Source: Macrostomum hystrix (Eukaryota > Animalia > Platyhelminthes). From it: a stretch of 64,000 bases of DNA. Made by a program: the position numbers and the translations under genes. The stretch covers positions 992,001 to 1,056,000 of the forward strand of contig CATNEN010000030.1 in NCBI GenBank assembly GCA_950097015.1, given 5' to 3'. Below are positions 12,101-22,400 of the stretch, in pieces (position 1 is the first letter of the stretch; every line of letters starts with the position of its first letter). The notes below the pieces were generated by a model. The model was not told the DNA's origin. It ran no database searches and saw only the letters and a program-made list of their open reading frames with translations.

Positions 12101-13388
12101 GTGAGATTCAGTCTTGAATAGGTGAGTTTCAGTCTTAAACAGGTGAGATTCAGTCTTGAACAGGTGAGTTTCAGTTTTGAAAAGGTGAGATTTTGTCTCA
12201 GACAGGTGATATTCAATCTTGAGCAGGTGAGATTTTGTCTCAGACAGGTGAGATTCAGTCTCAGACAGGTGAGATTCTGTCTCAGACAGGTGAGATTCTG
12301 TCTCAGACAGGTGAGATTCTGTCTTAGATAGGTGAGATTCAGTCTCAGATAGGTGAGATTCAGTCTCAGATAGGTGAGATTCAGTCTCAGACAGGTGAGA
12401 TTCTGTCTTAGATAGGTGAGATTCAGTCTCAGATAGGTGAGATTCAGTCTCAGATAGGTGAGATTCTGTCTCAGACAGGTGAGATTCTGTCTCAGACAGG
12501 TGAGATTCTGTCTTAGATAGGTGAGATTCAGTCTCAGATAGGTGAGATTCAGTCTCAGATAGGTGAGATTCTGTCTCAGACAGGTGAGATTCTGTCTCAG
12601 ACAGGTGAGATTCTGTCTTAGATAGGTGAGATTCAGTCTCAGATAGGTGAGATTCTGTCTCAGACAGGTGAGATTCTGTCTCAGACAGGTGAGATTCTGT
12701 CTTAGATAGGTGAGATTCAGTCTCAGATAGGTGAGATTCAGTCTCAGATAGGTGAGATTCAGTCTCAGATAGGTGAGATTCAGTCTCAGATAGGTGAGAT
12801 TCAGTCTCAGATAGGTGAGATTCAGTCTCAGACAGGTGAGATTCTGTCTCAGACAGGTGAGATTCTGTCTCAGACAGGTGAGATTCTGTCTCAGACAGGT
12901 GAGATTCTGTCTTAGATAGGTGAGATTCAGTCTCAGACAGGTGAGATTCAGTCTCAGACAGGTGAGATTCAGTCTCAGACAGGTGAGATTCAGTCTCAGA
13001 CAGGTGAGATTCGCCCTGCTATCCCATTCGCTCAGCTGCCGAGTGTCAGGTGACCGCGCTTGCCTTTGTCGGAGCCGAACTAGTGCTGGGCGCCGCATCC
13101 GGTCACGTGACCAGCTACAGCCCGGCCACCAAGTCGCCCGGCCAGCTGTGCGTTCGGCTTCACCGGCCGGACGAGCCCTACGTCAGGTACCTGCGCTCAG
13201 CCGGCATCGGCCGCCTTCTGTCTATCGGCTGCGGCTACGCCGATCCCATTGTAGCCGCCGCGGCGACCGTGGCCGCTACCGACGGCGCATTCGCCGTCGC
13301 CTCATCGTCAGTTGTCAATCGCCTGTCTACAGATCAATTGTCTGGCGAGTTTTATCCGGCTCATCTCATCATTCTTTCTGCTACCTGA
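123..13388 (+). CDS. LRRK: LRRK-family ROCO protein kinase (LRRK1/invertebrate Lrrk-like), 5'-partial, 13 exons in window
   Basis: Exons with phase-consistent GT-AG junctions: 123-455, 1148-1369, 2181-2876, 4212-4451, 4533-4768, 5304-5412, 5506-5613, 6439-6716, 7227-7601, 8289-8780, 10632-10997, 11709-12025, 13036-13388 (TGA). Motifs: end of ROC (IHVSCVRGTNL); COR (DIYFLDPQWLC, LLIPSLLP, GFWPRLLTKL, VVEHIDSLLEDWFP, CPVH..APDL); kinase (IGKGNFGTV, AAVK, IIYRDLKAEN, LADYGISR, GTLAYMAPE, KADIYSFG); WD40-like tail (LWVGLSNG, LWLGHCGG). DYGISR matches LRRK1/Drosophila Lrrk. AATAAA at 13410. Confidence 0.93.
501..1080. repeat. 21-bp minisatellite, two alternating variants (42-bp dimer)
   Basis: TTGGTAGACTAGGCAGGCAGT / TTGGTAGATTGGGTAGACAGT; LRRK intron 456-1147. 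Confidence 0.95.
1425..2110. repeat. 22-bp pyrimidine-rich minisatellite
   Basis: CTCTTCCCCTCTGTCTTCTGGT, degenerate after about 1870. Confidence 0.95.
2903..4160. repeat. 21-bp minisatellite, about 60 units
   Basis: TATGATCCCACTTCCCATTCT; fills LRRK intron 2877-4211; open in the frame of the upstream exon. Confidence 0.97.
4773..5110. repeat. Degenerate minisatellite of about 18 bp
   Basis: GACAAAGACCTGTTTG(C/T)T variants. Confidence 0.8.
5670..6410. repeat. 35-bp minisatellite followed by 3 copies of a 27-bp unit
   Basis: GATGTACACTGGCAATAGTCATTCCCTTCCCCGTC; then CCTTCCCCATGAATGTACATAACCAGC. Confidence 0.95.
6740..7160. repeat. 21-bp minisatellite with 91-bp higher-order repeat
   Basis: GGATTGGCTGTAGTAGATCTA; identical ORFs at 6863 and 6954 show the 91-bp block. 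Confidence 0.93.
7663..8195. repeat. 31-bp minisatellite
   Basis: GTGTGCCAGACATTATCCCACCAGGGGATCA. Confidence 0.95.
8838..10546. repeat. 22-bp minisatellite, about 75 units
   Basis: ATTCATGGATTCTTCAGGTGAC with a recurring variant block GGAATTCCTAAGGTAGC. Confidence 0.97.
11018..11672. repeat. 22-bp minisatellite
   Basis: AGATTGCTTCCATTAGGTTTC(C/G), grading into AGTTGGTTTACATTAGGTTTCC. Confidence 0.95.
12055..13011. repeat. 21-bp minisatellite, about 45 units
   Basis: (C/T)AGGTGAGATTC(A/T)GTCTCAGA. Confidence 0.97.
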
Positions 13389-13409
13389 CTTTTAATAATA
13401 TTTTCTATG

Positions 13410-13415
13410 AATAAA
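13410..13415 (+). other. Candidate polyadenylation signal of LRRK
   Basis: AATAAA 22 bp after the stop codon, in AT-rich sequence. Confidence 0.45.
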
Positions 13416-14221
13416 AAACATAAAATAGTGACCAAGTGCACATAGCCTACTTTAAGTAGTCACAAAGAGTAATAATTCGATAGTTTTAAGAGCTTTTGAT
13501 GATCATTCGTTCGTTTCAATTGATTAATTTTTCTCATTTTTGTCATGTTTTTTATCGTCATTTAAGTAAGCAATACAATTTTTTATTCAGGATAATCTCA
13601 AAACTGCATGATATTCCAGCCTATTTTGTTATTATTCAATCAATTCAGTCTGTGATGCTCGATTCAAATGTTGGCTCTATACTGGAATTTTAAATTGCTT
13701 TTTTAAAAACAGTTTTGCTTGTTTGTCTTGTCTAAATAAGTACATAATAATTTTTTAAATATTATTATAGCAATATTACTGCTGTCCATAAGGTAAATAT
13801 TTATTGCCCAAAGAATTTAAAATTAGGCATTTAAATTAGGCATTAAAATGCATCTTGCACTACTCATGTGTTTGGCAACGTGTGCAACACTAAAAGTCAC
13901 CAGAAAAACATCCAGTTCATAATTTAGTTAGCTTATTGTTTATTTTCAAGTGAACTGATGAACTTGGCAAGCCAATCATATTATTAATAATGCAGCATAA
14001 TATTTTATTTCCTGTGAGCTTTTATTATCGATTTTCTGTTTACCCAAATTATTTACATCACTCTGTACTATTGGCATAAGTAGTATATGCTGCATGCTTT
14101 TTTAACTATCGTGCCGTCTCTTGGTCTGTTTCCTGTTCTAATGATATTATGATATCTAATTAGATAATTGATTAGTTAATTGATTAATTTTTTGATTTTC
14201 AGATTCAAAATGTCTATCAGT

Positions 14222-14611
14222 AAAGTTTACTGTTTTGCACTGTTCTACAGTTTACTGTTCTACAGTTTACTGTTTTACAGTTTACTGTTTTACAGTTTAC
14301 TGTTTTACAGTTTACTGTTTTACAGTTTGCTGTTTTACAGTTTGCTGTTTTACAGTTTACTGTTTTACAGTTTACTGTTTTACAGTTTACCGTTTTATTG
14401 TTTACTGTTTTACAGTTTACTGTTTTACAGTTTACCGTTTTATTGTTTACTGTTTTACAGTTTACTGTTTTAAAGTTTACTGTTTTACAGTTTACTGTTT
14501 TACAGTTTACTGTTTTACAGTTTACTGTTTTACAGTTTACTGTTTTACAGTTTACTGTTTTACAGTTTACTGTTTTACACTTTACTGTTTGACAGTTTGC
14601 TGTTCTACAGT
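14222..14611. repeat. 15-bp minisatellite
   Basis: ACAGTTTACTGTTTT. Confidence 0.95.
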
Positions 14612-15189
14612 TCATTTGGTAATGTTGCTGTAATGAAATTTTTACATGTGTACACTCTTTGTCGATAAAATATCCTGAATAAATATGATTGAGTTAATTA
14701 TTCATCAACTAGTCAAATAAAGATCCTTTATAGTCAGTGAAAATTTCAAGTCATAAAGTTTTAAATGCTTTTTAAATATTTCTTTTCTTATGCCTAAAAT
14801 ATGCAAGGTTAACAGTTTTTGCAAATCAATGGTTTTCACTTAACTTTTATTAAATTTCAAAGCAAAAAGTTTTGTCTTCGTCTTTTTAAGTGTTCGTCAG
14901 TTTTGTTGTTAATGTTGTTACATTAAAAAGCTGTCAATTTTTTGTTTCACTTTTCTTATTCGCTTTTGTGATTTTTCGCGGTGTTTTTTCCAACGAAAAA
15001 TGCAAACAGAAATAAAACGATAAGCTTGGGCTGCGTGTGCATACTGACTCGCTCATTGCAGATAGTAACTGTTGATTTGTACTTTTATCTGCTACACTGG
15101 CTTGCAAAATACGAACAATAAAATAACGTGTCTTGCATTTCCTTCTTTTATGTTATTATTCCAAACACAAAAGATAATAATATTTAAGT

Positions 15190-15550
15190 TTCGAAACTTT
15201 ACAGCTCCGAAACTTTACAGCTCCGAAACTTTACAGCTCCGAAACTTTACAGCTCCGAAACTTTACAACTCCGAAACTTTACAGCTCCGAAACTTTACAG
15301 CTCCGAAACTTTACAGCTCCGAAACTTTACAACTCCGAAACTTTACAGCTCCGAAACTTTTCAGGTCCGAAACTACATTGCTCCGAAACTTTACAGGTCC
15401 GAAACTACATTGCTCCGAAACTTTACAGGTCCGAAACTACATTGCTCCGAAACTTTACAGGTCCGAAACTACATTGCTCCGAAACTTTAGAGCTCCGAAA
15501 CTTTAGAGCTCCGAAACTTCATTGCTCCGAAACTTTAAAACTACGAAACT
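15190..15550. repeat. 16-bp minisatellite
   Basis: CCGAAACTTTACAGCT. Confidence 0.93.
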
Positions 15551-15857
15551 TCATAGCTCTAATCTAAAAACCTTGTACTCGTAGATTCAAAAATCTATAG
15601 TCCGAACCAATAGCAGCTTGCAGGATCGCATTTATACAGAATCAACACTTTTCAAATATGTTAATTTCTTGATTGTCTAACTTTTAAGCCTTAGCTGACT
15701 GAACTGTCTCATTGTTAGTCATGACATCCTGTTGACTTGTTAATCCTACTGATTAAACTTTGGCTCTTGCAATCGAAGTGTTCCCTAGTTGACTTTGCTC
15801 TGCTTAAATTAATTTGAGAAACTTACGAAATTTGCATTGAAAGCCAATCAATATAGC

Positions 15858-16340
15858 TCTTTTGCGATCCCAGTTACTGCTACGATTCCAGCTGTTCCTG
15901 CTGCGATTCCAGCTGATCCTTCTACGATTCCAACTTTTCCTCCTGCGATTCCAGCTGTGATTTCTGCTGCGATTCCCGCTGATCCTTCTACGATTCCAAC
16001 TTTTCCTGCTGCGATTTCAGCTGTGATTTCTGCTGCGATTCCAGCTGTTCCTTCTACGAATTCAACTGTTCCTCATTCGATTCCAACTCTTCCTGTTGCG
16101 ATTCCAGCTGATATTGTTGCGATTCCAGCTATTCCTGCTACGATTCCAGCTATTCCTGCTGCGATTCCAGCTTTTCTTGCTACGATTTAAACTGTTCCTG
16201 CTACGATTCCAGCTATTCCTGCTGCGATTCCAGCTTTTCTTGCTACGATTTCAACTTTTCCTGCTGCGATTCCAGCTTTTCTTGCTACGATTTCAACTGT
16301 TCCTCCTAAAATTCCGATTTCTCCTGCTGCGATTCCAGCA
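15858..16340. repeat. Degenerate minisatellite of about 21 bp
   Basis: CTGCGATTCCAGCTGTTCCTG variants. Confidence 0.8.
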
Positions 16341-17274
16341 CCGTCAGCGCCGAAATATTGCGCAGGAAAATCATAACAATATTAAAGTATTCTTTCAAGT
16401 CGTAAAACTCAAGCACTTACTCAAATCACTTACACCTGGAATCTGGAAGAAGCTCGTAGTACACTAGACTATTTCACCGATCGATTTAGCCCAACTGCAT
16501 AGTAACCACATACCTGCCTTCCATCACTCGTACAATGCAGTCCTTGTCTTTTACAGACTTATTATTGTGTGAGTATGAAGACTTTTGTTTTAGTCTGGAA
16601 ATCCCCACTCAAGCAATCAGTTTCCTAGAAATGATTCTCCCTGTCTTCTCTCTCTGCCTCCACTTGTCTGTTAAATGAATAAGAAATTAAGTTCTTCAAA
16701 AAAGTCTAAAAAGAGCCTAATGCAAACTAATGCATGCCTATTGCTTCAAACAATGGTAGAAGGGATCGATATTTAAACTGCAGACAGCAGCACTACTCAC
16801 GCCTTTGTACTCTTTACCTGAGTTGAGAGTGTTTATACAAAACTAGCTGAGCAGTGAGTATAACTGGATGCTACCCTGATTAGTCAACTGATCTAATCGT
16901 AAAATAAAATACAATGCACACACCTACGAGTTTTGTGTGCGACTAACTTTTTTGCTCTATATTTGACGAGAGTATATTTTTTATTGAATTATATTGTACG
17001 AAAAAAACACCAATTCACAACACTGCGACGCACAGATTAATTAAGTGCCTCTTTTAACCAAACACAATTGGTAAACTGTGCGCTGGTCAATTTAGTCCGA
17101 CTTGTGTGCAAAAATAGGGTTGTGGCATTGCGTTAGGGAGTAGAGTCACTTACATAAATTAATGTCACTATAATGCACAATATCTGCATATACTTAAGTT
17201 TCAACAGTCGTTTTCAAATCATTCAAACATTCGAAAACCATATGAAAGCCATATGTTCTATTTACGCTACATAC

Positions 17275-18330
17275 TGCGGTTCTAGCTGCGATTCTAGCTG
17301 CGATTCTAGCTGTGATTCTAGCTGCGATTCTAGCTGCGACCTAGCTGCGATTCTAGCTGCGATTCTAGCTGCGATTCTAGCTGCGACCTAGCTGCGATTC
17401 TAGCTGCGATTCTAGCTGCGATTCTAGCTGCGATTCTAGCTGCGATTCTTGCTGCGATTCTAGCTGCGATTCCAACTGCGATTCTAGCTGCGATTCTAGC
17501 TGCGATTCTAGCTGCGATTCTAGCTGCGATTCTAGCTGCGATTCTAGCTACGGTTCTAGCTGCGATTCTAGCTGCGATTCTAGCTGCGATTCTTGCTGCG
17601 ACCTAGCTGCGATTCTAGCTGCGATTCTAGCTGCGATTCTAGCTGCGATTCTAGCTGCGATTCTTGCTGCGATTCTAGCTGCGATTCCAACTGCGATTCT
17701 AGCTGCGATTCTAGCTGCGATTCTAGCTGCGATTCTAGCTGCGATTCTAGCTGCGATTCTAGCTACGGTTCTAGCTGCGATTCTAGCTGCGATTCTAGCT
17801 GCGATTCTTGCTGCGATTCTAGCTGCGATTCTAGCTGCGATTCTAGCTGCGATTCTAGCTGCGATTCTAGCTGCGATTCTAGCTGCGATTCTAGCTGCGA
17901 TTTTAGCTGCGATTCTAGCTGCGATTCTAGCTCCGATTCTAGCTACGGTTCTAACTGCGATTCTAGCTGCGATTCTAGCTGCGATTCTAGCTGCGATTCT
18001 AGCTGCGATTCTAGCTACGGTTCTAGCTGCGATTCTAGTTGCGATTCTAGCTGCGATTCTAGCTGCGATTCTAGCTGCGATTCTAGCTGTGATTCTAGCT
18101 ACGGTTCTAACTGCGATTCTAGCTGCGATTCTAGCTGCGATTCTAGCTGCGATTCTAGCTCCGATTCTAGCTACGGTTCTAACTGCGATTCTAGCTGCGA
18201 TTCTAGCTGCGATTCTAGCTGCGATTCTAGCTGCGATTCTTGCAACAATTCTTGTTGTGATTCTAGCTTTGATTCTAGCTGCGTTTCCTGCTGCGATTCC
18301 AGCTGCCGTACTAGCTGCGATTTCATTTTC
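17275..18330. repeat. 12-bp minisatellite
   Basis: GCGATTCTAGCT. Confidence 0.97.
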
Positions 18331-18987
18331 CTGCTGTGATTCTTATCTAATTATATAACCGTTTTTACTATTCTACACCCAGACGCAACTTAAAAAATCT
18401 GTCTGACATAGCAACAATGAGTTGTTTACAGTGGTTACCAATGGTCGGGTGACATTAGTATGAGACGTTAGTTTCTATGTACCTATCTATCACAAACAAC
18501 TCTATTGGTCAATGCCAAAAATGGTCATGAAAATAGTGCGAAAAAGTGCAGTTAGCGGGAAAAGAATGGTCAAAATAATAATTTAGGCCCGAAATCTCAC
18601 GAAGCGTGTAGTAAGTGTGTCTATAGATGAACACTTATTATCACATAAGGAGAATAAAACTATTTTTAAACGAGAGAAAACTGTGATTATACGACTGTAA
18701 GGGAAAAAATTTGAAACAGAAAAATATACTTAACATAATTAATTGTTTTTAAGCATCGTTTAGTCGATTCGAACTTGTGTAGCAAAGATAAACATGATTG
18801 GACAACTAGTCTGTTAATATTATGTAGCATTTTCTCATGCTGACAAGACTCAATACGACAAAAAGTTATTTACAAACGAGTAGTTTTAATGTTTGAACTG
18901 GTTTATTAAAAAAGATGCTAAAACGTTAAAATGGCCTATTTTCGATATTCTTAATCCGTAACACTAGAAAACCTAGAAACCTGGATT

Positions 18988-19401
18988 CAGGAAATCGTGA
19001 CTCCGTGAATCGTGACTCCGTGAATCGTGACTCCGTGAATCGTGACTCCGCGAATCGTGACTCTGTGAATCGTGACTCCGCGAATCGTGACTCCGTGAAT
19101 CGTGATTCCGTGAATCGTGACTCCGCGAATCGTGACTCCGCGAATCGTGACTCCGCGAATCGTGACTCCGAGAATCGTGACTCCGAGAATCGTGACTCCG
19201 AGAATCGTGACTCCGCGAATCGTGACTCCGAGAATCGTGACTCCGCGAATCATGACTCCGCGAATCGTGACTCCGTGAATCGTGACTCCGCGAATCGTGA
19301 TTCCGTGAATCGTGACTCCGTGAATCGTGACTCCGCGAATCGTGACTCCGTGAATCGTGATTCCGTGAATCGTGATTCCGCGAATCGTGACTCCGCGAAT
19401 C
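18988..19401. repeat. 15-bp minisatellite immediately after the GPCR stop codon
   Basis: GAATCGTGACTCCG(C/T/A). Confidence 0.95.
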
Positions 19402-19407
19402 GCTTGT

Positions 19408-22400
19408 TTAAATCGCCTGCAACGCGCCACATTCCTCATCGTCTAGTCTGACGCTGATGCCATCATTGACGTGATTCCGCTCCGGCAGCAGTCTACGCGA
19501 ATCCGCCGCCGCGATCGCGGCGGCTCCCGGCGAGGTCGACGACGACAGCTCCTGCATGGGGAGGCTGGCACCGGAAGCGGCCTTGGCGGCCTTCAGCTGG
19601 CGCTGGCGCTGCTGCAGCAGCCGCTGCTGCTGCTGTTGCTGCTGCTGGTGGTTTTGTGGGGCGCAGCTGCGCTGCTGATAAACGCTGACTGCTCCACCGC
19701 CGGCCTCCTCGCGGCAGCAGGTAAAAATTTTGAGAAATTCTGCGCGAAAACGAGCTGGCGTAGGGTGGGGGGGGCGAAGTGAACTGTTGTTTTTTCGTGT
19801 TTCCATGTGCTGGCCATCCAATTGGCGAGATCTCTCGCCTAATATATCTACGAGTATTATCTCCTGATCTCTTTAACGCCTCTAATCCCCTACTTCGCCA
19901 AAATCCATTTAATCGCCCTAATCTCTTTAATCACCCTAATCTCCTTAACTGCCCTAATCTCCTTAATCACCCTTGGTTTCTCGCCATTCCAGATCCCCTT
20001 CATCAGCAATCTGGAGATAATTATAATCAGCGATTATCAGCGATTTGAAATAAAAGTCCGTAAAAAAATATGTATGAATCTCGAAGGAGGGGAAATAACT
20101 TGCTATCAGAAAACTGGAGCGAGAGAATGCGAAAAAATGGAGATTTCTGGCACCAATTGAGCTCCAATGCGCCCTGTGGACTTGGTAAACAGTCTTCTCC
20201 AGGTTGTCCCACTGGGAATTGAGGGCCGGTGAGAGGTAGAGAGAGAGAGAGTTGAGCAGAGGATGTGTCAGGAATTTGGCGAGGCCCAGAAAGATGTCAT
20301 CAAGTGTGCGGGTCCCACAGACTTCCCAAAGCCAAGCTGGGGCAGTCCGTTCTCAGTGTAAACTGGGCAACCCCGCATTTCGTTCTTACTTTTCAGCGAA
20401 AAAAACCAGCGAAAGCTTTGAGCCGAACAGGCAAACAGAAGCGGCTTCATAGACCTCCTCAATCTCTCTTTCTCTCTCATCTCTGGGCCGACCATTTCTG
20501 CTGAAATCTTCTCTTGCCCTCGTTTCTTTGGGAATTTTTTTGTTTGAAGTTCCTATCTTGAAGGTCCGTTTTTCTGCATGCACCGGCTATGAGTACTTTG
20601 GGATTTTTCTACTGGGAAATTAAACCGAAAAATACGAATTCCCTCAATGAGAGATGGATTGAGAGTGACTGAGAGATGGATTGAGAGTGACTGAGAGATG
20701 GATTGAGAGTGACTGAGAGATGGATTGAGAGAGACTGAGAGATGGATTGAGAGTGACTGAGAGATGGATTGAGAGTGACTGAGAGATGGATTGAGAGTGA
20801 CTGAGAGATGGATTGAGAGTGACTGAGAGATGGATTGAGAGTGACTGAGAGATGGATTGAGAGTGATTGAGAGATGGATTGAGAGTGACTGAGAGATGGA
20901 TTGAGAGTGACTGAGAGATGGATTGAGAGTGATTGAGAGATGGATTGAGAGTGATTGAGAGATGGATTGAGAGAGACTGAGAGATGGATTGAGAGTGACT
21001 GAGAGATGGATTGAGAGTGACTGAGAGATGGATTGAGAGTGACTGAGAGATGGATTGAGAGTGACTGAGAGATGGATTGAGAGTGACTGAGAGATGGATT
21101 GAGAGTGACTGAGAGATGGATTGAGAGTGACTGAGAGATGGATTGAGAGTGACTGAGAGATGGATTGAGAGTGACTGAGAGATGGATTGAGAGTGACTGA
21201 GAGATGGATTGAGAGTGACTGAGAGATGGATTGAGAGTGACTGAGAGATGGATTGAGAGTTACTGAGAGATGGATTGAGAGAGACTGAGAGATGGATTGA
21301 GAGTGACTGAGAGATGGATTGAGAGTGACTGAGAGATGGATTGAGAGTGACTGAGAGATGGATTGAGAGTGACTGAGAGATGGATTGAGAGTGACTGAGA
21401 GATGGATTGAGAGTGATTGAGAGATGGATTGAGAGTGACTGAGAGATGGATTGAGAATGACTGAGAGATGGATTGAGAGTGACTGAGAGATGGATTGAGA
21501 GTGATTGAGAGATGGATTGAGAGTGATTGAGAGATGGATTGAGAGAGACTGAGAGATGGATTGAGAGTGACTGAGAGATGGATTGAGAGTGACTGAGAGA
21601 TGGATTGAGAGTGACTGAGATATGGATTGAGAGTGACAGAAAGACAGATGAAAAGAGACAGGCATGGAGACTGTGAGAAGCGGGCAGAGATCAGTCTGAA
21701 GATGTCAGCCAAATCAGGGATGGATTACCAGATAGCAGGGATAATTTAGATTCTGACTCAGACCTGTGGGAGGGGCAATAAACTTGACCGTAAAAAAAAC
21801 GCCAAACAACAGATCCAATGCCAGATAGGAGACTATCCCTTGCCTAGTCTCGTGATATATGTCTTTACGCAGTTTTTTATCCAGAAAAAAAATTGATGAA
21901 TGACGAAAATGTAGTTGTTTTTTGCAGTCTACTTCACGAACCCTAGTCGAGTTATTTCCTTTCTGTCTGTTATACAACCTGCTCGAGAATGTTTATGAGA
22001 TGCAGCAGCAGCAGCAGCAGCGACAGTAGTTAGGCGGCGATGATGAAGGCTTAGAGTGGCTTTCCGAGAATTTATTGCTTCAACGAAAAATTCCTCCAAC
22101 CAGAGTCGCCAATTAGGGTACCCTGAAACGGCTCATAAAATATTCACAGCGTCCTTTGGCTTGCGTGTCCGAGTTGCAACCCTAACCTGATGACTGGAGT
22201 TGAAAAAATTACCCGCTTTGCATATCCCAAGAGGCGATCTTTGAATAAATGAAGGAGCTACAGACGCATTCAGCTAACATCGGAGACTTACAGCTCATAA
22301 ATGTGTACACAATAGGATTTATCGCCGAGTTAAAGTAGCAAATCCAGTGCGAGAATAGCACAATGCTCTGAACAATCTTCTTGGCGTGCTGCTTGTTCTT

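Noticed and set aside
19401-19408. The empty findings entry titled 'placeholder'
   Set aside because: It is not an observation and carries no claim; ignore it.
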